DNA of 64,000 nt from Blastocatellia bacterium (GTDB taxonomy: Bacteria > Acidobacteriota > Blastocatellia > RBC074), in the NCBI GenBank assembly GCA_035331565.1, contig DAOLKO010000010.1:15682-79681 (forward strand), written 5' to 3'. Both the position numbers and the translations under genes were made by a program. Of the stretch, positions 1-9,905 are shown one piece after another. The notes below the pieces were generated by a model. The model was not told the DNA's origin and made no database searches. It saw nothing but the letters and a program-made list of their open reading frames with translations. How positions within the stretch are numbered: position 1 is the first letter of the stretch; every line of letters starts with the position of its first letter.

Positions 1-751
1 TTCCAAAGCCTACCGCGCCGCGAAAAAACTGTTTGACGAAGGCGCAATGGGCAAAGCCGTGATGGCGCATTCGGCCTGGGATCAAGGCGACATCTGGCCG
101 GATCGTCGCGGCAAACGCAGCGACTGGAAATCGCAACTGGATTACGAAATCCAACACTGGTACTTCTTCAAATGGCTTTGCGGCGACCACATCGTCGAAC
201 AGAACATCCACAACATTGACGTCATCAACTGGTTCCTGGGCGAACACCCTGTGCGCGCGACAGGCATCACGGCGCGCTTCAACAAATACGAATTCGGCGA
301 CATCAACGACCACTTCGCCATCACCTACGAGTATCCGAACGGCATCCTTTCGTCGAACACCTGCGTGCAAGTAAACGGCGTTGAAGGCGACGTTTCCGAA
401 ACCATTCGCGGAACCAAAGGAACATTCACCACCACCGCCGGCAAAGGCGGCACGGGCGGCGTCCGCATCGAAGCGGCGCGCACGCGCAAAGACCCGAATC
501 CCGCACCGATTTACAAATACGAGGGCGGCGACGACAAACACTACGACCAGGAAGCTGCTACCTTCGTTACCAGCGTGCTGGGCAAAGGCGAGGGCGAAGA
601 TAAATATCGCAACGACACGAAGTACGGCGTCGAAAGCACCTTCACCGCCATCCTCGGTCGTGAAGCCGCTTATCGCAAAACCGCGCTGAACTGGAACGAA
701 TTGTGGAACGAAAACAAGAAACTCGCCTTCAAACCTGAATCGAAGGCGTAA
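1..751 (+). CDS. C-terminal part of a Gfo/Idh/MocA-like oxidoreductase. The gene starts upstream of the window.
   Basis: The frame is open from nt 2 with no stop and continues the listed ORF 47..751. The pattern HSAWDQGDIWPDRRG...HIVEQNIHNIDVINWFLGEHPV resembles the C-terminal dimerisation domain of Gfo/Idh/MocA enzymes. Confidence 0.55.
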   Translation, partial: SKAYRAAKKLFDEGAMGKAVMAHSAWDQGDIWPDRRGKRSDWKSQLDYEIQHWYFFKWLCGDHIVEQNIHNIDVINWFLGEHPVRATGITARFNKYEFGDINDHFAITYEYPNGILSSNTCVQVNGVEGDVSETIRGTKGTFTTTAGKGGTGGVRIEAARTRKDPNPAPIYKYEGGDDKHYDQEAATFVTSVLGKGEGEDKYRNDTKYGVESTFTAILGREAAYRKTALNWNELWNENKKLAFKPESKA

Positions 752-768
752 CGATTGGATCGGCAAGG

Positions 769-818
769 CAGACGCGAAGAGCGCAAGAAGACTCGTCTTC
801 TTGCGCTCTTCGCGTCTG
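769..818. terminator. Perfect 24-bp inverted repeat with a 2-nt loop, immediately downstream of the oxidoreductase stop. Likely a terminator or stabilising hairpin.
   Basis: cagacgcgaagagcgcaagaagac-tc-gtcttcttgcgctcttcgcgtctg read directly from the sequence. No T-run follows. Confidence 0.45.
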
Positions 819-876
819 TGGACTCCGGCGTTACAATCGCCTCGCCGCAACCCAATGCCGAAAGGAGCAAGGTCAA

Positions 877-2052
877 GTGAAAATCAAACAACTGGATGTC
901 GCCGGATTCAGATCTCTGAAGAATGTGAGTTGGAAGCCAGGGGATTTGAACGTAGTGATTGGCCAAAATGGAACCGGCAAATCGAATTTGCTGCGGATAC
1001 TTGAATTAATCTCCGCCGCCGCCCAAGGCCAACTTGCAAAATATATCGAAGCCCTAGGTGGTATGAGCGCAATATTGTGGGATGGCCTAGCACCTTCTAT
1101 TTTTTTGGGACTAGAGATTGAGCAAGATAGTTCTTCCATGTTTAGAGAAGAAACTTATAAGTTGAAAATTGATGATAATTTTTTTGACCCACTGATAGAC
1201 CGCGAAGTATGGTCTGCTAGAAAACACGCTGATGATAAGAACTTAGTTTTAATAGATCGGGATGCTAAACAAGTGGTTTTCAATGGAAAACCTATTAGTT
1301 CACCTGCAAAAATTCCACAGCAGGAGACATTACTTTCCCTGCTTAATTCGCTGAGCTTCGAGGGAGACGCCTTCGATGAGTCAAGCTCTGCTTACTTATT
1401 TCGCCGTCAGCTAGGAGCATTAAGCGTTTACCACGATTTCGATGTAAGCCAAAACTCCTCAATTAGGCAGCCTGCTGTCCCTCGATATGAACACACAATT
1501 GAGCCAACGGGTCGGAATCTCGTTACGGTTTTGCATACTCTCTATTCTGGCAATCGCGCTTTTAAGCAAAATATCGATTTAGCAATGCGAGCCGCTTTCG
1601 GCAATGATTATGAAGAGATTACCTTTCCTCCTGCTTCAGACCGGCGCATTCAATTCCGTATTCGCTGGAAGACTTTGCGCCGGGAGCAGTCTGCCGCTGA
1701 TCTTTCCGACGGAACGCTACGCTTTCTTTTAATACTCGCAATCTTGTCAATGCCTTTACCATCAAGCCTGATCGCAATTGACGAACCTGAAACAGGACTA
1801 CATCCGTCAATGTTGCCGATTATTGCTGAGTTTGCAGTTGAAGCGTCGTCTCGTACCCAAGTTATTTTCACTACACATTCGCCGCAGTTTCTCAGCGCCT
1901 TCGGCAAGCATCCTCCGACAACAACTGTGGCGGAATGGCAAAATGGCGAAACGTTGCTTCACACGTTAGATAAGGAGCGGTTGGATTATTGGCTTGAAGA
2001 TTATTCCCTCGGAACGCTCTTCGAGTCCGGCGAGTTGGAGGCGATGACGTGA
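877..2052 (+). CDS. ABC/OLD-like AAA ATPase (AAA_21-type).
   Basis: GTG start sits after an AAAGGAG RBS. Walker A is GQNGTGKSNLL, the ABC-signature-like motif is LSDGTLRF and Walker B is LIAIDEPETGLHP. The gene is markedly AT-rich compared with its neighbours. Confidence 0.8.
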   Translation: MKIKQLDVAGFRSLKNVSWKPGDLNVVIGQNGTGKSNLLRILELISAAAQGQLAKYIEALGGMSAILWDGLAPSIFLGLEIEQDSSSMFREETYKLKIDDNFFDPLIDREVWSARKHADDKNLVLIDRDAKQVVFNGKPISSPAKIPQQETLLSLLNSLSFEGDAFDESSSAYLFRRQLGALSVYHDFDVSQNSSIRQPAVPRYEHTIEPTGRNLVTVLHTLYSGNRAFKQNIDLAMRAAFGNDYEEITFPPASDRRIQFRIRWKTLRREQSAADLSDGTLRFLLILAILSMPLPSSLIAIDEPETGLHPSMLPIIAEFAVEASSRTQVIFTTHSPQFLSAFGKHPPTTTVAEWQNGETLLHTLDKERLDYWLEDYSLGTLFESGELEAMT

Positions 2053-2681
2053 AATTCATACTGTTGGTCGAAGGTGATGCCGAGCGAATAGTTTTGCCTG
2101 ACTTCTTTAGACGTTGGCTTAATCCAAAATTGAAGCACCCTGTTAGTATCAAAGCCGTCAAACTCTCCGGCAGCGGTGGTTACTTGAAAGAGTTCGCTGG
2201 GCGAGTAAAAAAGCAGCTTTGCGATTCCGATGCTCACGATCTCATTGCCGTCATAGGGTTGCTTGACCTTTACGGACTACCTCAAAATTTCTATCCAACT
2301 AATTTGCCCAGTGCTGATGAGCGTTATGCTTGGGCGAAGCGAGAACTGGAAAGCCGAGTCGGCCAAGCTAGGTTTCGCCAGTTTTTCGCCGTGCATGAAC
2401 TGGAAGCTTGGTTGCTGAGCGATCCGACTATTTTTCCCAGAGAAGTAAGGGAAAACTTCCCTGCCGCAGTCTCCAGTCCCGAATCCGTCAATTTCAATCA
2501 GCCGCCGGGTGTTCTTTTGGAAAGGTTATATGGGCAAAAGCTGAAGAAATCCTATCAAAAGACTGTTCACGGAAATGACTTGTTCGCCAAACTTGATCCA
2601 GAAACCGCATGTCAAAAGTGCCCGCATTTGAGGGAACTGTTGGACGAAATGCTGGACTTTGCCAAACAGAGTGGGAATTGA
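2049..2681 (+). CDS. DUF4276-family protein (Toprim-like), partner of the upstream ATPase.
   Basis: Its GTG start overlaps the ATPase stop (GTGA). The ~210-aa product begins MKFILLVEGDAERIVLP, typical of DUF4276. It is co-oriented and translationally coupled with the ATPase. Confidence 0.55.
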   Translation: MKFILLVEGDAERIVLPDFFRRWLNPKLKHPVSIKAVKLSGSGGYLKEFAGRVKKQLCDSDAHDLIAVIGLLDLYGLPQNFYPTNLPSADERYAWAKRELESRVGQARFRQFFAVHELEAWLLSDPTIFPREVRENFPAAVSSPESVNFNQPPGVLLERLYGQKLKKSYQKTVHGNDLFAKLDPETACQKCPHLRELLDEMLDFAKQSGN

Positions 2682-4857
2682 GTCATTTCCATTTTATGTT
2701 TTTGCCGTGTTAACACTCGATACACCACTCATTGATCTGCACCTGCACCGCCTGCCGCGCATCGGCAAGAAGACCTCGGAGCATCTGGCGCTGGAAATCG
2801 CCGCCATCACCGCCCAAGCCAATCCGCGCAAAGCCACGGTGGAAGATCTGCTGCATTACCTGCCGATGCGTTACGAAGACCGGTCGAATCTGGCACGCAT
2901 TTCCGAATTGCAGGATGGCCAGGAGGCTTCCGTAGAAGTGAAGGTGCGTGTCGGCGGCATCATTCCGCTCAAAGGCGGTCGGCTAAAAATGTATGAGTTC
3001 ATTGCCACGGACGGCGAAGGCCAGGTGCGCGCCTTCTGGTGGAATCAAATCTTCCTGAACAAAGTCTTTACGCGCGGTTCGCGCGTCATCCTCTTCGGCC
3101 AATGGAAATGGAATAAGTATAAAGGTTACTTTGAAGTCGAAAACCCGGAATACGAACTACTGACCGATGAAGACGAGGACGCCGAAACCACTGCGATGCA
3201 CACCGCGCGGCGAGTGCCTGTGTACCGCAAACTCGGCGATTATCGAACACGACAACTTCGCTCCATCTTTCATCACGTTTTGACCAACCTGCCGCCGGAG
3301 TTTGCGGAGTCTTTGCCGGAGGAAATTCTCACGCGCTGTTCGCTGCCGCCGCGCGGCGAAGCAATTCGCAACGCCCACTTCCCTGCGGACGATGCGCCCA
3401 TCACCGATTACAACCAGATGCGTTCGCCGGCGCATCGGCGGCTGATTTTTGAAGAACTGTTCTGGCTTTCAATGGCGCTCGGCATTCGTCGCAGCCAGCG
3501 AGTCAAAGAACCGAAAGGTGAATACATCGAAATCACAGACCGCGTCCGCGAAGCCGTGCGCCGCATTCTGCCGTTCACACCGACCAATGCGCAGAAACGT
3601 GCGATCAAAGAAATTGTGGATGATATGACTGGTCAAGAGCCTATGAACCGTTTGCTACAAGGCGATGTCGGCAGCGGCAAAACTATCGTCGCCGTGCAGG
3701 CGATGGTGATTTCCGTCGAGAACGGCTACCAAGCGGCGCTGATGGCTCCAACTGAAATCCTGGCCGAACAACACGCGCGCAACATCAAACGCTGGCTGGC
3801 TCCGGGCAATTATTGCGTCGAACTGCTGATCGGCAGTCTGAAGACCAAAGAAAAACAAACCATCTACAAAGCCTTAAAATCCGGCGAAATTGACATCATC
3901 GTCGGCACGCACGCACTGATTCAGGAAGGCGTTGAGTTTCATAAATTGGGCTTGGCCGTGATTGACGAACAACATCGTTTCGGCGTGATGCAGCGCGCGG
4001 AACTGCGCCGGCGCGGCATCAATCCCGATGTGCTGGTCGTAACAGCCACGCCCATTCCGCGCAGCCTGGCAATGACCGTCTACGGCGACCTGGAAGTTTC
4101 CATCATTGATGAGCTTCCGCCAGGCCGCACGCCAATCAAAACCTTCGTGCGCGGAGACGACCGGCGCGACAAGATTTACGAATTCATCCGCGAACAACTC
4201 AAGACCGGACGACAAGCCTACATCGTGTACCCAATCATCGAAGAATCCGAAAAGCTTGATCTGCGAAACGCGACCGAAATGTACGAAAACCTGCGACAGG
4301 AAATCTTTCCCGAATACCGAATCGGTCTTCTTCACGGAAAGATGAAGCCTGCGGAGAAAGAGGAAATCATGAAGGCGTTTACTGCCAACGAAACCCAGAT
4401 TTTGGTAGCAACCACTGTTATCGAAGTTGGAGTAGATGTGCCGAACGCATCGGTAATGCTGATTGAACACGCTGAGCGATTCGGTCTGTCACAACTCCAT
4501 CAACTTCGCGGAAGAGTTGGTCGTGGAGCGGCGGAAAGTTACTGCATTCTGCTGGCGCAGTTTTCCAAAACCAAAGAAGCGCAAGAACGGCTGAAAATCA
4601 TGGAGCAAACCACGGATGGGTTTAAGATCGCTGAGAAAGATTTGGAGATTCGCGGCCCCGGCGAAGTGATGGGGACGCGGCAATCAGGCTTACCCGAATT
4701 TCGAATCGCCAACATTGTTCGCGACCAGAAGATTTTGGAAATGGCGCGCCACGAAGCGAGCTGTATGCTTGAAGAACGTCGTAACACCCGCGAGACCGAC
4801 CTATTAATTCGATACGTGCGGAACCAACCGCGATTCGGCCTAGCTCAAATCGGATAA
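2659..4857 (+). CDS. recG: ATP-dependent DNA helicase RecG.
   Basis: Motifs LHYLPMRYEDRS (wedge/N-terminal region), helicase motif I GDVGSGKT, DEQHRFG, and C-terminal QLHQLRGRVGRG. The exact start is uncertain: ATG 2659 overlaps the DUF4276 end, and GTG 2707 is an alternative. Confidence 0.9.
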   Translation: MPNRVGIESFPFYVFAVLTLDTPLIDLHLHRLPRIGKKTSEHLALEIAAITAQANPRKATVEDLLHYLPMRYEDRSNLARISELQDGQEASVEVKVRVGGIIPLKGGRLKMYEFIATDGEGQVRAFWWNQIFLNKVFTRGSRVILFGQWKWNKYKGYFEVENPEYELLTDEDEDAETTAMHTARRVPVYRKLGDYRTRQLRSIFHHVLTNLPPEFAESLPEEILTRCSLPPRGEAIRNAHFPADDAPITDYNQMRSPAHRRLIFEELFWLSMALGIRRSQRVKEPKGEYIEITDRVREAVRRILPFTPTNAQKRAIKEIVDDMTGQEPMNRLLQGDVGSGKTIVAVQAMVISVENGYQAALMAPTEILAEQHARNIKRWLAPGNYCVELLIGSLKTKEKQTIYKALKSGEIDIIVGTHALIQEGVEFHKLGLAVIDEQHRFGVMQRAELRRRGINPDVLVVTATPIPRSLAMTVYGDLEVSIIDELPPGRTPIKTFVRGDDRRDKIYEFIREQLKTGRQAYIVYPIIEESEKLDLRNATEMYENLRQEIFPEYRIGLLHGKMKPAEKEEIMKAFTANETQILVATTVIEVGVDVPNASVMLIEHAERFGLSQLHQLRGRVGRGAAESYCILLAQFSKTKEAQERLKIMEQTTDGFKIAEKDLEIRGPGEVMGTRQSGLPEFRIANIVRDQKILEMARHEASCMLEERRNTRETDLLIRYVRNQPRFGLAQIG

Positions 4858-4952
4858 CTTGCGTCCCGAATCGGTTAGGAGGGAGCCTCTCGGCTCCCGT
4901 CCTCCCACACTACCGGACGTGCGGTTCCGCATCCGGCGGTTCAGGTTGAAAG

Positions 4953-5225
4953 ATGTTGAAGTTTTCGCAGTTGATCCGTGTGCCGGCGGCAAGCCGGCGT
5001 GACTTTGCTCGAACGGCCGGATGGCGCTCGGATGTGTGTGATGCTCACGCAACCGGAGGTAGCCCTACTTTCCCATCTGTGCTCAGAGTTTCTTCGTCCC
5101 TGACCGCGATGATCCGAATAGTCCCTCAAATTCGGATTTTGCCGGCCTGCGAGCCTGTTGACTTTCGCAAGGGGTTGGATTCGCTCCTCGCCTTGTGCAA
5201 AGACCCGCTCGGACAAGACTCATGA
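4953..5225 (+). pseudogene. IS66-family relic: orf1-like C-terminal piece fused in frame to the first ~37 aa of TnpB (IS66 Orf2), then a stop.
   Basis: IVPQIRILPACEPVDFRKGLDSLLALCKDPLGQD is homologous to the TnpB copy at 13220 (MIQLVPQLRILLACQPVDFRKGLDSLLALCKGSLAQD). The upstream RRDFARTAGWRSDV parallels RRVLERADGARMTL at 13100. Confidence 0.6.
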
Positions 5226-5745
5226 TTCGTGGCGAGCGTTCGCGTCCGCGCGTCGGCGAATACCACCGGCCCACACAACGAAACGCCCCAGAGTCGCTCA
5301 CCGTCGCGTTGGCAGAGGGTGATTGCTTCTTTGAAGTAGGTTGCGGCACCTTGCTGATCAACCTGAGCTGTCAAGGGATTGACCAGGCACAGCGACAGGA
5401 ATATCAGGCCGAACCACCACGCTGATCTGATGGTGTCCCTGTCAATAGTTCCTCCAAATCATGCGGATCCCTGTGAAGGATTGGCCAACGGTGTTTCAGA
5501 CCGTTATGCGAGTGAAATTCAGTGGCGATTCGTACGGCCCAAGCAGCCTGTGACAACACAACACAGGCATCGGACTTTGGTTCGGCCTTGTTTTGTCCGT
5601 CCAAGCAGAAATCCGAACTACACCTTCTCGGCAAAGTAATAGTAGTTCTCTCCCTCGTCCTGGGCGTCAGTGACCCAGGTCAGGCCGGCATCGCGCAACA
5701 AGCGCTCATACGTATACTCGCCGAGGGATTGCGACCGGTGCCCGG

Positions 5746-6498
5746 TCATGGCGTCCAACCATAGGCAATGCTGGGATGGGTTTCGGGCACCGGCTGCCAG
5801 TCGCCGCCGAAGTGAATATAGGTCAGGCTTTCGTTTTTGTTTACATCGAGGAATCCGGTTTCGGTGTAGGTTTCCTTTAGCCCAAGCCTAGCAATGATTC
5901 TGTCCTGAAGGGCTTCGGCGTAGGTTTTGCCCGTGATCTTTTCGAGAATCAGCGTTAACAGGAAATAGCCCGAATTGCTGTAGGAATTCTTGGTGTCCGG
6001 TTCAAACTCCGGCGTGCCTTTGGCGGTCAGGGCGAGCATTTCATCTTTCGTGATTCCATTCTTCCAGTTTCTTTGCGGAGCCGAATCGCGCCTGACGTTT
6101 GGAATACCGCTGCGATGCGAGAGCATTTGCAGAACGGTAATTTTCGCGGCGTTCGGAACCTGCGGAAAGAACTTGTCCAGCGTATCCGTCAGCTTCAATT
6201 TCTTTTCCTCGGCGAGCTGCATCACCATCGCGGAGGTGTACATTTTGCCAATCGAAGCGATGCGGAAGCGGCTCGTCGAGGTCAGCGTTTTTTTCGTCGT
6301 TCCCTCAATCTGGGCATAACCGATGGCGCGACTGTAAACCACCTTGCTGTCCTGAGCGATGGTGAGACTTCCCATCGCTTTCTTCTTCTCAGCGAGCCGG
6401 TCAAAAAAACTGGTCGAGTTTGGCTGTATCCAGCGACTGGCCGTAGCCTGCGGTGAAGGACGCCAGCATCAGTATCGTTACGAATGGTATTTTGCTTT

Positions 6499-6502
<4 letters not shown>
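5746..6502 (-). pseudogene. Beta-lactamase-family serine hydrolase (class C/PBP-like fold), disrupted by a frameshift in an A7/T7 homopolymer.
   Basis: ATG at 6502 encodes a signal peptide MKSKIPFVTILMLASFTAGYGQSLDTAKLDQFF followed by TGA. A -1 shift in the A7 run 6403-6409 gives ...DRLAEKKKAMGSLTIAQD... joined to the listed ORF 5746..6375. That ORF has the SxxK motif (ASIGK) and the YxN motif (YSNSG). A further frame change near 5746 is possible. Confidence 0.6.
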
Positions 6503-6753
<251 letters not shown>

Positions 6754-6763
6754 GCGGGTCTCC

Positions 6764-7246
6764 TTATACGGTTAGGTCGTTCTCGGACTTCATCTCGACG
6801 GCGGTTTGTAAAAGTCGCTCAAACACGGCGGCGGTAGTGGCAGCCACGACCGAGACAAAAATCATCAAAAGGCCAATCATCACACCGCCTGCAATGTCCT
6901 CCTTACCGCGCTGAACGATAAAGAAGAAAGCTTCTGCCCCCACAATAAAAGCGATCAGGATCAGCGCGCAGTATTTGATCGTCCGCAAGGCTTTCACCGC
7001 GTGTGGCGAAAAGACCTCATTGGCTCCGATGTAACTCAATAGCTTGAAGGCTTGATAAAGCGCGACGAAAAAGGCAATCGAAGCCGTGTAGGCATACACC
7101 AGGAAGGGATCTTTGAAGTAAATCTCAAAGGGTGTGGCGTGCGCATTTCTGCCCTCAAGGTGAGGTTCCCAAAGCATCAGGGCAAGAGCGCCGATACCGA
7201 TAACCACGATGACGATCTGAAGAAATATCGTTGAGCTTCGTTTCAT
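6764..7246 (-). CDS. DUF2975-like integral membrane protein (four predicted TM helices), the usual partner of YozG-type HTH proteins.
   Basis: 160-aa hydrophobic product. It lies 10 nt upstream of the HTH gene on the same strand. Confidence 0.55.
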   Translation of the reverse strand: MKRSSTIFLQIVIVVIGIGALALMLWEPHLEGRNAHATPFEIYFKDPFLVYAYTASIAFFVALYQAFKLLSYIGANEVFSPHAVKALRTIKYCALILIAFIVGAEAFFFIVQRGKEDIAGGVMIGLLMIFVSVVAATTAAVFERLLQTAVEMKSENDLTV

Positions 7247-7323
7247 AAAGGTTCTTCCTGTACAGAGAGCAGTTCTTATCTTGGGTTCTCAAATTACGCT
7301 ATGGATTTATCGTTTGTCAATAT

Positions 7324-7518
7324 ATGAATATTGTATTGCGAGAATCGAAAGGAGATTTCCAAGTACGAGTACAGACAAATAGGGGCGCGGAAGGTGGGCA
7401 GACTCGAATGCGAGTAGCTTGTGCCGCAGCGCGCGCGCTGCGTAAAAATCTCGGCTTTACGTTGATCGCGGTGTTAACGCTCGCGCTCGGCATCGGTGCG
7501 AATACGGCCATTTTGTAG
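7324..7518 (+). pseudogene. N-terminal stub of an ADOP/MacB-like (FtsX-family) permease.
   Basis: ALRKNLGFTLIAVLTLALGIGANTAIL is the hallmark first TM segment of acidobacterial duplicated orphan permeases. The ORF then hits a stop and there is no downstream continuation. Confidence 0.5.
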
Positions 7519-7521
7519 TCG

Positions 7522-7559
7522 AGCGGGTGTTATGCACTGCAGCGCATAACACCCGCTCA
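7522..7559. terminator. 15-bp perfect stem with an 8-nt loop hairpin between the convergent ADOP stub and the M20 gene.
   Basis: gagcgggtgttatgc-actgcagc-gcataacacccgctc read from the sequence. Confidence 0.4.
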
Positions 7560-7607
7560 TTTACAAGCCACGCGTGGATTCGAGCGACAATCTGACGAAT
7601 TATGGCC

Positions 7608-8753
7608 TCAACACCTCATCATTAAGCTTGTCAACAAAGCGGCACGACGCGGAATATCGGCCAGCAGAATATGTTCATGTTCCGCGTGTGCGCCATCGCC
7701 GTCTACCCCAAGTCCGTCCAACACGGGCACTCCACAAGCAGCAATGAAATTGGCATCGGAACCGCCTCCGACACTGGCTTCGCGCAAATCAAAACCGAGT
7801 TCGGCAGCAAGTTGTCGCGCTTGTTCATACAATGCCAAATTACCGGCTGAACGTGGCATGGGCGGACGATCAAGACCGCCCTCGATGATAAGTTGTGCAT
7901 CTGGCAAAACGGCAGTGAGCGAATTGATTTGCGCGGCAATGGCATCCCACGCCGCCGGTGTTTGAAAGCGAATATCAATGCGGGCTGAGGCTTCTGCCGG
8001 AACTACGTTGGACGTTGTGCCGCCTTGCGTAACGCCCACGTTGATCGTCGTACCGTGCGAATTGTCATTCATCGCTGCGAGTCGCAACGTTTGATGCGCG
8101 AGTTCGACAACTGCATTGACGCCTTTGGTTGGATCGAGTCCGGCGTGCGCAGCGCGTCCGATGACACGCAGCGTGAAATCCGCAATGCCTTTGCGCCCGA
8201 TCTTGACGATACCGCCGGGCAATGGAGGCTCTAACACCAGCGCAGCAACCGCCTGGCACGCTTCGTCTTCGAGCAACACGCGCGAAGTCGCGCTCCCGAC
8301 TTCTTCGTCACAAGTGAGCAACAGTGCGATGGGATGCGCGGTCGGTTGACGATGGCTGATGAGCCGGCGCAAGGCTTCGACGATGACGGCGATACCCGCT
8401 TTCATATCGAACACACCTGGGCCGTGAATCGCGCCTTCGGTCGTTACGCGAAACGGCAATCGCGCCAGCGTCCCGACCGGCCAAACCGTATCGAGATGAC
8501 CGACGATCAGCAATTGCTTTTCGTCCGCACGATGGTTGCCGCGCCAACGCGCCAGCAGATTGGTGCCTGCGGAATCGTGACGAAACAACGTGATTTCCAT
8601 TCCGATCTCGCGCAGTTCCGCCGCGACGAATTGCGCCAGCGCATCCAGGCGCGCGCCGTCACCCGATGGCGATTCGTATTCAACCAGCGTGCGCAACCGT
8701 TCGAGAATGACGGGTTGTTGCGTAGTGAAATGTTTCAGCAAATCTTCAGCCAT
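7608..8753 (-). CDS. M20-family metallopeptidase or N-acyl-amino-acid deacylase (carboxypeptidase G2/ArgE/DapE-like).
   Basis: HLDTVWPVG, GPGVFDMKAG, the EE pair (CDEEVGS) and C-terminal GGSDANF motifs are typical of M20 dimetallohydrolases. Confidence 0.8.
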   Translation of the reverse strand: MAEDLLKHFTTQQPVILERLRTLVEYESPSGDGARLDALAQFVAAELREIGMEITLFRHDSAGTNLLARWRGNHRADEKQLLIVGHLDTVWPVGTLARLPFRVTTEGAIHGPGVFDMKAGIAVIVEALRRLISHRQPTAHPIALLLTCDEEVGSATSRVLLEDEACQAVAALVLEPPLPGGIVKIGRKGIADFTLRVIGRAAHAGLDPTKGVNAVVELAHQTLRLAAMNDNSHGTTINVGVTQGGTTSNVVPAEASARIDIRFQTPAAWDAIAAQINSLTAVLPDAQLIIEGGLDRPPMPRSAGNLALYEQARQLAAELGFDLREASVGGGSDANFIAACGVPVLDGLGVDGDGAHAEHEHILLADIPRRAALLTSLMMRC

Positions 8754-8756
8754 AAT

Positions 8757-9869
8757 TCAGCGCTTGAACGTTTCGCGTCGCACAGTCAGGCGTTCGATCA
8801 AATCTTCGCGCACGCGATAGCCAATGCCTTCGCTTGCCGGCAATTCGATCATGCCTTGCGGCGTCACAGTGACCTCCGGTTCAATAATGTCTTCGTGCCA
8901 ATAGCGCGCCGAAGCCGACACATCGCCGGGCAACGAAAACCCTTGCAACGAAGACATGGCAATGTTGTGCGCACGTCCGATGCCTGCTTCGAGCATGCCG
9001 CCACACCAAACCGGAATGCCGTTATCCAAACAATGTTGTTGAATGCGCCGCGCTTCGCTGTGACCGCCGACACGACCGAGCTTGATGTTGATGATGCGGC
9101 AGGACTGATGCGCAATGGCTTTGCGGGCGTGCGCAAGGCTCAAAATGGATTCGTCCAGGCAGAGCGCTGTTTTCAGTTGTCGTTGCAACACAGCGTGATC
9201 GTGCAAGTCATCATCGGCCAGCGGCTGTTCGATCATCAGCAGATTGAATTCATCCAGTTGTTGCAATGTCGCCAGATCGTCCAATGAATAAGCGGTGTTG
9301 GCGTCCACGGACAAACGAATGCCGGGAAATTGCTCACGAACTTTGGCCACAAAAGCGACATCGCTGCCCGGTTTGATTTTGAGTTTGATGCGGCGATATC
9401 CGGCGGCGAGTTCAGCCGCTACGCGCTCGACCATTAGTTCCGGTGTCGCGCGCAACCCCAATGACACGCCGCATTCGATTTGCGTGCGCGTTCCGCCAAG
9501 CATTTGCCAGAGCGGTTTATTCGCTAACTTTGCCTGCAAATCCCAACAAGCGGTTTCCAATGCGCCCTTTGCCATACGATGTCCGCGCACTGGCGCAAAA
9601 GCCTCGAACACGTCTTCCGCCTTCGTGGGATTGCCTTGCCAAAACAGCGGAATCAAATGTTGTTGCAACGCGAGCCACGCGCCATCAATCCATTCGGCGC
9701 AATAGTAAGGCTCTTCCGGCGCGGTGCATTCGCCCCACCCCGTCGCGCCGCTGCGATCAATAACCTGCACGAGCAGAATGCGACGCTCGGTGGTCAGATC
9801 AACGCTGGTCTGAAAGGGTTCACGCAACGGCAGGCGAATTTCACGCAAGACAATTCGTTCAACGTTCAT
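8757..9869 (-). CDS. Enolase-superfamily enzyme of the MR/MLE subgroup: N-succinylamino acid racemase / o-succinylbenzoate synthase-like.
   Basis: KIKPG...RLSVDANTAY...MIEQPL...CLDES are the metal-ligand and catalytic-Lys motifs. A 4-nt gap separates it from the M20 gene. Confidence 0.75.
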   Translation of the reverse strand: MNVERIVLREIRLPLREPFQTSVDLTTERRILLVQVIDRSGATGWGECTAPEEPYYCAEWIDGAWLALQQHLIPLFWQGNPTKAEDVFEAFAPVRGHRMAKGALETACWDLQAKLANKPLWQMLGGTRTQIECGVSLGLRATPELMVERVAAELAAGYRRIKLKIKPGSDVAFVAKVREQFPGIRLSVDANTAYSLDDLATLQQLDEFNLLMIEQPLADDDLHDHAVLQRQLKTALCLDESILSLAHARKAIAHQSCRIINIKLGRVGGHSEARRIQQHCLDNGIPVWCGGMLEAGIGRAHNIAMSSLQGFSLPGDVSASARYWHEDIIEPEVTVTPQGMIELPASEGIGYRVREDLIERLTVRRETFKR

Positions 9870-9905
9870 GCTGGTTTCAGGGAATGCGAGTAGATTGAGG
9901 CGCGA

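Noticed and set aside
4879-4896. 7-bp stem hairpin gggagcc-tctc-ggctccc after the recG stop.
   Set aside because: It is short and not followed by a T-tract. It may be a weak terminator, but it is too marginal to call.
5404-5745. Possible C-terminal continuation of the serine hydrolase in another frame.
   Set aside because: A +1 frame after 5746 reads ...MTGHRSQSLGEYTYERLLRDAGLTWVTDAQ..., which could be a second frameshift. Without an alignment I cannot distinguish this from chance, so it was not annotated.
8334-9287. 317-aa ORF on the + strand.
   Set aside because: It lies entirely antisense to the NSAR-like and M20 genes. In high-GC DNA such antisense frames stay open by chance. It has no motifs.
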